Source: Acidimicrobiales bacterium (GTDB lineage: Bacteria > Actinomycetota > Acidimicrobiia > Acidimicrobiales > MedAcidi-G1). Taken from it: a stretch of 24,000 nt of DNA. The first letter of the stretch is position 1. Every line of letters begins with the position of its first letter. The DNA is taken from the NCBI GenBank assembly GCA_029245675.1, contig JAQWOV010000014.1, forward strand, positions 1 to 24,000. The letters run 5' to 3'. Below are positions 15,842 to 24,000 of the stretch, in pieces. Below the pieces are notes generated by a model. It was not told the origin of the DNA. It saw only the letters and a program-made list of their open reading frames with translations, and did no database searches. Both the position numbers and the translations under genes were made by a program.

Positions 15842-18800
15842 TACTCAATCAACTACTTGAGCGTCTCGAGGACGAAAAGGCCCTAGGCAGTCTTTTTGGT
15901 AGGCGAAGCGCGACCTTGGCTGTAGCCGAACCCGCCCGAGCCATCGTTTTAGCATCTCTCATAGAACGAGCGGAACGCCGACCTGTAGTAGTAGCAGTAC
16001 CAACAGGCTCAGAGGCTGAACGTTTGAGTAACGATTTGAAGAACTTCCTTGAACCTTCTGAGGTGGCACTGTTCCCAGCTTGGGAGACGCTTCCTTTCGA
16101 AAGGGTTAGCCCGGCAATAGAAACAATGGGTCGACGAATGCAGATACTTCATCAACTATCTGACCCGGAGACCTGTCCAAAAGTAATTGTTGCTTCAGGA
16201 AAAGCTTTGGTACAGCAAGTAGGACCATATTCAAAGAGAAGAAAACCTTTACAACTAATCCTGAATGAAGAGATTGATCAAAGCGAAGTTATTTCTACTC
16301 TTGTTTCAGTTGGATATAGAAGGGAATATCAAGTTGAACACCGGGGAGAATTTGCTGTTCGAGGATCAATAATCGATCTTTGGCCTTCAACATCTGAAGC
16401 TCCAATCCGAGTAGATCTATGGGGAGATGAGATAGAGAGACTCACAGAGTTCAGCGTAGCTACTCAGCGATCAACTCTTGAATACAAGAAAGTTGAAGTT
16501 TTTCCTTGCAGAGAACTCCTCCCCACAGAAGAAGTAAAAGAGAGGGCGCAGCAACTAATAACGGAACAGCCGTGGGGTCGTGAACAATGGGAACGCTTAA
16601 CAAATGGTGAACTCTTTGATGGGATGGAATCTTGGCTTCCGTGGATTACTCCCCAAGAGCAAGTTCTCTTTGATTTCATCGGAGATAATGGAATCGTAGT
16701 TCTGATCGAACCACAAAGACTTAGAGACAGAATTTTAGATCTCCGTGCTGAAGAAGCAGATCTTGTCGCAGTACTTGCGGATACGTGGGGTGCAGAAAAT
16801 AACGAATTCCCTCAACTTCACACAAAGTGGGATCGCCTTCTTGAACACACTGATTCACCGCGTTGGTCTATAGCTGCTACGCCTGAAGGACCTGAGTCAT
16901 CCATAGTCTCAGCACATGGCTGGAGTCGCTCAGCCGGAGGAGAAGAAAGCGTAGTTCAATCATTATCAAAACTGTTGTCAGATGGTTACCAAGTACTACT
17001 TGTCGCAGATGGAGATGGAACAGCAAATCGGTTGACCGAAAACATGGCAAAAGAAGGTATTGAATTACAGCGATCCTCTGAACCGCCGAATTTTTCAAAC
17101 CCGTCTGGTCAAATAACTGTTGGATCGTTAGAACGAGGTTTTGTACTCACAAATTCCCGACTTGCAGTTATTACAGAGGCAGAACTTACCGGAAGAAGAC
17201 GAACACACCGTCCGAGGGGGCCAAGACGTAAAGCGGCGGTCAGAGTGTTTGAGGATTTGCATCCTGGGGATTACGTAGTTCATGAATTCCATGGAGTTGC
17301 AAAATTCTCAGGTCTTGTAACCCGAACTTTGGGCGGTGTAGAACGCGATTATCTTCTTTTGGAATACCGCGGAGATGACCGCCTGTATCTACCTACCGAC
17401 CAGATTGATGCCATACGCCCCTATACCGGAGGAGATTCTCCAACTCTCAGTCGTATGGGAGGGGCTGATTGGGAACGATCTCGAGCACGAGTTCGTTCTG
17501 CGGCATCAGAAATAGCTCAAGAATTAGTCCTTCTTTACCAAAAACGCATTACGACAAAAGGTCATTCATTTGGACCAGACACTCCTTGGCAGCAAGAAAT
17601 GGAACAATCGTTTCCTTTTCAAGAAACTCCAGATCAGAACTCAGCAATCAAAAGCGTCAAAGAAGATATGGAGAACTCTTTGCCAATGGATCGGCTTGTT
17701 TGCGGAGACGTCGGGTTCGGAAAAACCGAAATAGCGATCAGAGCTGTTTTTAAAGCAGTGCAAGATGGAAAACAGGCAGCGATTCTGGTACCTACAACTC
17801 TCTTAGCGCAGCAGCATGGACAGACATTTGCTGATCGATTTGCACCATATCCAATAAGAGTTGAGGTGCTGAGCCGATTCCTTACCGCCGCTGAATCACG
17901 AAGAGTAATCAGAGATATTGAAAATGGAACTGTTGATGTGGTGATCGGTACTCATCGTTTGTTGTCGGGTGATGTGAAATTTCAGAAACTAGGGCTTCTA
18001 GTTGTAGACGAAGAGCAGCGTTTTGGCGTTACACATAAAGAAGCAATAAAACAGATAAAGAGTAATGTTGATGTGCTTACCCTGACAGCAACTCCGATTC
18101 CAAGAACATTAGAAATGTCACTAACAGGGATACGAGACCTAAGCCTTCTTAATACTCCGCCTGCTGATCGCCAACCGATACTCACTTATGTCGGTGAATA
18201 TGATGAACGTGCCGCTGTTGAAGCAATACGAAGAGAACTCCTAAGAGAAGGTCAAGTCTTTTTTGTTCACAACCGGGTAGCCGACATAGAACAAGTTGCC
18301 GGAGGGCTAAAAGAGCTTGTACCTGAAGCACGAATAGCTGTAGCCCATGGTCAGATGGAGGAGTCTGCACTGGAATCTGTAGTTCTTGATTTCTGGGAAG
18401 GCATTTACGACGTTTTGGTTTGTACGACAATCATTGAATCAGGTATTGATATGCCGACGGTTAATACTCTTGTAGTAGATCGAGCAGATTTACTTGGATT
18501 AGGCCAAATGCATCAGTTAAGAGGACGCGTGGGGAGAGCAGGGCAACGCGCTTACGCTTATTTATTCACCCCTACTGACAGGTCTCTCTCAGAAGAAGCG
18601 TATGAACGACTTAGAACCATTGGAGAAACAACAGAACTTGGGTCTGGATTTCGGATAGCTATGCGAGACTTAGAGATAAGAGGCGCTGGAAACATTTTAG
18701 GAACAGGGCAAAGTGGACATATCGCAGCAGTGGGTTATGACCTGTATTGCCAGATGGTTACAGAGGCTGTAGCGGAACTTACCGGAAAAATTTCTGAGAA

Positions 18801-19320
18801 GCCTCTAGAGATACGCGTTGAGATACCTGTTGATGCACATCTACCGAAAGATTATGTTTCAAGAAGTGATCTTCGTCTTGAGGCGTACCGTCGCTTAGCT
18901 GCTGCAGGAATCAACTCGGAAATAGAAAGTGTTGATGAGGTACAAGCCGAGTGGGAAGACCGGTATGGTCCAGTTCCAGATCCCGCTATGGCTCTCTTAG
19001 CGGTGGGAAGATTACGTGCTCTTTGTTCCCAGTTAGGAATATCTGAAGTTATTGTTTCTCGAGTTCCAGGCGGGTTCAATCCGGGAAAAACAGAATACAT
19101 AGCACGATGCTCTCCTGTAGATCTGCCTCTTAGCCGACAAGCACGTTTACAACGACTATTTGAAGGATCAATCTATAAAACTGATCAGAAGGTTTTACAT
19201 CTTCCAATACCACAACCTCTAGATGAAGGAACCCCAGGCGAATTAGCGATCAAATTATCAGAAATGCTTAAAGATCTTGTTCCGACCGCTGATTTGGCTG
19301 ATTCTCCCATAACCTCCTAG
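15838..19320 (+). CDS. mfd: Transcription-repair coupling factor
   Basis: 1160 aa. HPGDYVVHEFHGVAKFSG, CGDVGFGKTEIAIRAVFKA, VVDEEQRFGVTHKE, TATPIPRTL and GRVGRAGQRAYAYL. GTG start overlaps the pth stop. Confidence 0.96.
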   Translation: MILNQLLERLEDEKALGSLFGRRSATLAVAEPARAIVLASLIERAERRPVVVAVPTGSEAERLSNDLKNFLEPSEVALFPAWETLPFERVSPAIETMGRRMQILHQLSDPETCPKVIVASGKALVQQVGPYSKRRKPLQLILNEEIDQSEVISTLVSVGYRREYQVEHRGEFAVRGSIIDLWPSTSEAPIRVDLWGDEIERLTEFSVATQRSTLEYKKVEVFPCRELLPTEEVKERAQQLITEQPWGREQWERLTNGELFDGMESWLPWITPQEQVLFDFIGDNGIVVLIEPQRLRDRILDLRAEEADLVAVLADTWGAENNEFPQLHTKWDRLLEHTDSPRWSIAATPEGPESSIVSAHGWSRSAGGEESVVQSLSKLLSDGYQVLLVADGDGTANRLTENMAKEGIELQRSSEPPNFSNPSGQITVGSLERGFVLTNSRLAVITEAELTGRRRTHRPRGPRRKAAVRVFEDLHPGDYVVHEFHGVAKFSGLVTRTLGGVERDYLLLEYRGDDRLYLPTDQIDAIRPYTGGDSPTLSRMGGADWERSRARVRSAASEIAQELVLLYQKRITTKGHSFGPDTPWQQEMEQSFPFQETPDQNSAIKSVKEDMENSLPMDRLVCGDVGFGKTEIAIRAVFKAVQDGKQAAILVPTTLLAQQHGQTFADRFAPYPIRVEVLSRFLTAAESRRVIRDIENGTVDVVIGTHRLLSGDVKFQKLGLLVVDEEQRFGVTHKEAIKQIKSNVDVLTLTATPIPRTLEMSLTGIRDLSLLNTPPADRQPILTYVGEYDERAAVEAIRRELLREGQVFFVHNRVADIEQVAGGLKELVPEARIAVAHGQMEESALESVVLDFWEGIYDVLVCTTIIESGIDMPTVNTLVVDRADLLGLGQMHQLRGRVGRAGQRAYAYLFTPTDRSLSEEAYERLRTIGETTELGSGFRIAMRDLEIRGAGNILGTGQSGHIAAVGYDLYCQMVTEAVAELTGKISEKPLEIRVEIPVDAHLPKDYVSRSDLRLEAYRRLAAAGINSEIESVDEVQAEWEDRYGPVPDPAMALLAVGRLRALCSQLGISEVIVSRVPGGFNPGKTEYIARCSPVDLPLSRQARLQRLFEGSIYKTDQKVLHLPIPQPLDEGTPGELAIKLSEMLKDLVPTADLADSPITS

Positions 19321-19323
19321 ACG

Positions 19324-20202
19324 ATGAAAACTTTTTTCCGATTTTTAGTCATAAGTGCTTTGCTCGTTGTTTCTGCTTGTGGATCATCGAGTAATGCTAT
19401 TGAAGTTGGACGGGTCTCTCTTGATCGAGAGACCTTGAATGACTGGATTAACGAACGCGGTTATTACGGAGATGCTGATGCTGTAGAAAATCTTGATATC
19501 TCTTTGGGAGTGATTCAGCAACTCATTGAATTCGAAGCTTTAGCTGACCTTCTCGCTGATTATGAAGTAGTTCCCTCTAAAACCGATCTCGAACTTGCTG
19601 AAGAACAATTATTAGAAAACGGTTTCGAATCGGATTCTCCAGTTCTAGAACGACTCAAAGTTTGGCAATCCACTTTGAATTTGGCGAATCAGTTTGGGTC
19701 CGGGGTTCAGGCAGCCTATGAAGAGCATGCTCATCTAGCGGGTCATGATCTATGCACAAGTCATATTCTTGTTTCGACTCGACAAGAAGCCGAAGGGTTA
19801 ATCAATTCGCTTGACGACGGAGCAAACTTCTCTGAATTAGCGGTCACCTTTTCGCAAGATCCCGGTTCGGGAAGTCAGGGCGGAGATCTTGGTTGTGTAA
19901 CAACAGGAGCTTTTGTTCCAGAGTTTGAACGAGCAGTCCTTGGCGCTCTTCAACAATTGGAAGTAGTCCCTGAAGAAACCGTAATAGGTCCAGTTCAAAG
20001 TCAATTCGGGTTTCACATTATTCGAATTGATGAAGTAAAACCTGTTGATCCTCCATCTTTTGAAGAAGCAGGACAAAAGGCACTTCAACAACTGGTTGAA
20101 TTTGCAACTATGACTCGCTCTATTTCTCTTGACGCGAGATACGGAAGCTGGGATCCAGTTATTGGGAAAGTAAACCCTCCATCCGGTCCAACTATTAATT
20201 AA
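19324..20202 (+). CDS. Lipoprotein peptidylprolyl isomerase (SurA/PrsA-type, parvulin domain)
   Basis: MKTFFRFLVISALLVVSACGSSS lipobox. Parvulin core CTSHILVSTRQEAEGLI...FSELAVTFSQDPGSGSQGGDLGCV...FGFHIIRI. Confidence 0.88.
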   Translation: MKTFFRFLVISALLVVSACGSSSNAIEVGRVSLDRETLNDWINERGYYGDADAVENLDISLGVIQQLIEFEALADLLADYEVVPSKTDLELAEEQLLENGFESDSPVLERLKVWQSTLNLANQFGSGVQAAYEEHAHLAGHDLCTSHILVSTRQEAEGLINSLDDGANFSELAVTFSQDPGSGSQGGDLGCVTTGAFVPEFERAVLGALQQLEVVPEETVIGPVQSQFGFHIIRIDEVKPVDPPSFEEAGQKALQQLVEFATMTRSISLDARYGSWDPVIGKVNPPSGPTIN

Positions 20203-20207
20203 TTGGG

Positions 20208-20888
20208 ATGACAGACAAACGGACGGACTCTTTAGAGCAACTCATCGTTCTAATGGATCAATTACGTTTAGAGTGCCCATGGGATGCAAAACAAACTCAC
20301 ACGTCTCTTCGCTCTCATCTCCTAGAAGAAACTTATGAGGTCCTAGAAGCACTTGATGCAATGGATGAAGAGACAGGAGAGGGTTCAGAGCACCTACAGG
20401 AAGAACTTGGAGACCTTTTACTTCATATCGTTTTTCATGCTCGCATTGCAGAAGATCTTGAGCAGTTCACCCTAGAAGATGTCGCAACTCAGATTACGGA
20501 AAAACTGATTCACCGGCATCCCCATGTGTTCCCACCAGAAGGTGAAGATAGCGAAGAACCGGTTGATGTTGAACGGATGGTTTCTACATGGGAGCAAATA
20601 AAGAAAAAGGAAAAAAATCGATCTTCTGTTTTTGATGGGATACCGGCTACTTTGCCTTCGTTAGCAAGAGCCTCAAAAGTTGTTCGTAAGTCATCAATTC
20701 TTGGTTTCAACCCATCATTACCGGACTTGCATTTAGAAACAGAAGAGGATCTTGGAGAAATCTTACTCGGGCTAGTTGAGTGGGCTCGACAACACGACGT
20801 AGATCCAGAAGGCGCCTTACGGGTCACCGTTGAACAGTATGTTGCAAAGATGAGAGTCTTAGAACAAGAGAACAACTCAGAGTTTTAA
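20208..20888 (+). CDS. mazG: Nucleoside triphosphate pyrophosphohydrolase MazG
   Basis: LRLECPWDAKQTHTSLRSHLLEETYEVLEALD, EELGDLLLHIVFHARIAED and KLIHRHPHVF. Confidence 0.93.
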   Translation: MTDKRTDSLEQLIVLMDQLRLECPWDAKQTHTSLRSHLLEETYEVLEALDAMDEETGEGSEHLQEELGDLLLHIVFHARIAEDLEQFTLEDVATQITEKLIHRHPHVFPPEGEDSEEPVDVERMVSTWEQIKKKEKNRSSVFDGIPATLPSLARASKVVRKSSILGFNPSLPDLHLETEEDLGEILLGLVEWARQHDVDPEGALRVTVEQYVAKMRVLEQENNSEF

Positions 20889-20987
20889 GCGCCAAGCAAT
20901 CAGGGGTAAATGGACTAGTCTTTTACTTGAAGATAAATGACTGTCAATTTGATTCTTGCATTAAATAAAGCCATTGAAGGCCGGTGA

Positions 20988-22282
<1,295 letters not shown>

Positions 22283-22283
<1 letters not shown>

Positions 22284-22600
22284 TGTCAGCACGCTTTTTA
22301 TTTCCAATCGGAGCAGTGGTTGTAATTGTAGGAATTATTTTGGCTTTCGGTATAGACCCATTTAGTGACTGGCTGGACCAAAGATCTGATTCAACCTCTC
22401 TTCAATCTCAAGTAGAAGAAGTGGAGAGAAGAAACAAAGAGTATGAGTTGCAGATTGATGCATTAAATACAGATGAAGAAATAGAACGCAGAGCTCGAGA
22501 AGAATACAACTTAGTTCGACCTGAGGAAGAGGCTTACGCCGTTTTGCCCCCTCCTCCCGCGGCGCATCGAATTAAAGGGGTGTGGCCGTTTAATAATTAA
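22283..22600 (+). CDS. Septum formation initiator / FtsB-DivIC family protein
   Basis: N-terminal TM segment, coiled coil SQVEEVERRNKEYELQIDAL and ERRAREEYNLVRPEEEAYAVLPP. Immediately downstream of eno with a 1-nt overlap. Confidence 0.85.
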
Positions 22601-22712
22601 AAATCAGTCCGGGCTCGGTCACTGAAGCCTCTAACTATTAAGATTTCTTTCCGGTAGACAGATCTGATTACGAGAGCCGATTCATCAATATTCATAGTTT
22701 GAAGGGCATGTT

Positions 22713-24000
22713 ATGAGCATTTTAGGAAATAGAGTTCTACGTCGTGAAGACCCCGCATTTCTGACCGTCGGAGCCAAATACACCGCTGATTTAGATTCTC
22801 CACTTCTCAACAATGCAGCAATGGTGACCTACGTGCGCTCAACGATGGCACACGCAAAGATATCAATTGATGCAAGTGAAGCTAAAGACATGCCCGGAGT
22901 TCTCGCAGTATTAGTAGCAGAAGATCTAGACGGTCCGAAAATACTTGCGGGCGGTAATCCGGCTTTCCCCAAACCAATGCTTAATCGACCAATTTTGGCT
23001 ATCGATACAGTTCGTTTCGTCGGAGAATGCGTTGCAGTTATTGTGAGCGAGACATCAGAACAAGGAGCAGATGCTGCAGAATCAGTTTTTGTTGACTATG
23101 AACCACTCCCAGTAGTAGTTGATATGGAAGAAGCGCGCACCGACAATGTCTTGATTTACGAAGAAGTCGGAACAAACGTAGTTTTTGATTTTTCCACAAA
23201 CGGTATGGCTACTGGGATTACAGATGAATCATTTTTCTCATCGTGTGATGTAGTTGTATCTGGACGGGTTGGTCATCAACGAACAGCAGCGGCGCCACTT
23301 GAAGTGCGTTCAACTGCTGCAGCTTGGGACGAAGACAAGTTGGTCTTCTGGACATCAAATCAGGGGCCACAAGGAGTCAAAGGCAGTCTTGAATCTTTCT
23401 ATGGAGATCAAGCAACAGGAGGCGTTCAGGTAATTATTCCCGACGTTGGGGGCGGATTCGGAGCAAAAATATCTCCATATCCAGAAGATATTCTTCTTCC
23501 ATGGCTAGCTAAGCAAGTAGGAAGACCTGTCCGTTGGTTTGAAACCCGCACAGAAAACATGCTTGCTATGGGCCCTGGACGAGCACACGTTCATCAGTTC
23601 ACTCTCGGAGGAAGCAAGGATGGAAAACTTTCTCACTATCGTCTTGAAGTATTAGTTGATTCTGGGGCTTACGCTCGTCTCGGAGCGTTTCTTCCAATGT
23701 TCACACTTCCAATGGCAGTGGGCGTATACGAAATTGAGAATGTAGAAACTGATGCAATTACGGTAGTTACAAATACCACTCCTACTGAGGCTTATCGAGG
23801 AGCAGGCAGGCCTGAAGCAACCCTAACGATTGAAAGAGCAGTTGAACTCTGGGCTGCCGAAGCTGGTATAGACCCGATAGAAGTAAGGCGGAAAAATTTT
23901 CTTGCAGCAGACTCCTTCCCAGTGACGACAGGCGTGGGGACGGTATATGACAGTGGCGACTACGAACGAAGTCTTGATCTCGCTCTTGAAGCAGCAGGGT
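22713..24000 (+). CDS. Xanthine dehydrogenase-family molybdopterin-binding large subunit (CoxL form II-like), 3'-truncated by window
   Basis: Translation from ATG 22713: MSILGNRVLRREDPAFLTVGAKYTADLDSPLLNNAAMVTYVRSTMAHAKI..., 'PDVGGGFGAKI', and 'TPTEAYRGAGRPEATLTIERAVE'. Open to the window end, so absent from the ORF track. Confidence 0.88.
   Translation, partial: MSILGNRVLRREDPAFLTVGAKYTADLDSPLLNNAAMVTYVRSTMAHAKISIDASEAKDMPGVLAVLVAEDLDGPKILAGGNPAFPKPMLNRPILAIDTVRFVGECVAVIVSETSEQGADAAESVFVDYEPLPVVVDMEEARTDNVLIYEEVGTNVVFDFSTNGMATGITDESFFSSCDVVVSGRVGHQRTAAAPLEVRSTAAAWDEDKLVFWTSNQGPQGVKGSLESFYGDQATGGVQVIIPDVGGGFGAKISPYPEDILLPWLAKQVGRPVRWFETRTENMLAMGPGRAHVHQFTLGGSKDGKLSHYRLEVLVDSGAYARLGAFLPMFTLPMAVGVYEIENVETDAITVVTNTTPTEAYRGAGRPEATLTIERAVELWAAEAGIDPIEVRRKNFLAADSFPVTTGVGTVYDSGDYERSLDLALEAAG

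Overview
The window is chromosomal and reads as an actinobacterium, probably a low-GC marine Acidimicrobiia-like lineage (taxonomy is inference). Most of it is a conserved housekeeping block: ychF, DUF192, rsmI, metG, tatD, rpf-like, rsmA/ksgA, ispE, then prs, rplY, pth, mfd, SurA/PpiC-type lipoprotein, mazG, eno, ftsB/divIC. This resembles the Mycobacterium tuberculosis Rv1003-Rv1024 neighbourhood. The less ordinary content sits between ispE and prs (about 8.0-13.35 kb). It comprises a tightly coupled aldo/keto reductase, Gfo/Idh/MocA and SsuD-like LLM monooxygenase operon, a 32-aa ribosomal protein bS22 gene, a tRNA-Gln(TTG), a strong bidirectional terminator, a lipoprotein made of an A-B-A-B tandem repeat that I do not recognise, and a PhyH-family dioxygenase. 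A second tiny ribosomal protein gene, bL37 (29 aa), lies next to queF near the left edge. Both tiny genes are missing from the ORF track. The right edge carries the 5' part of a molybdenum hydroxylase large subunit (CoxL form II-like, AYRGAGR motif).
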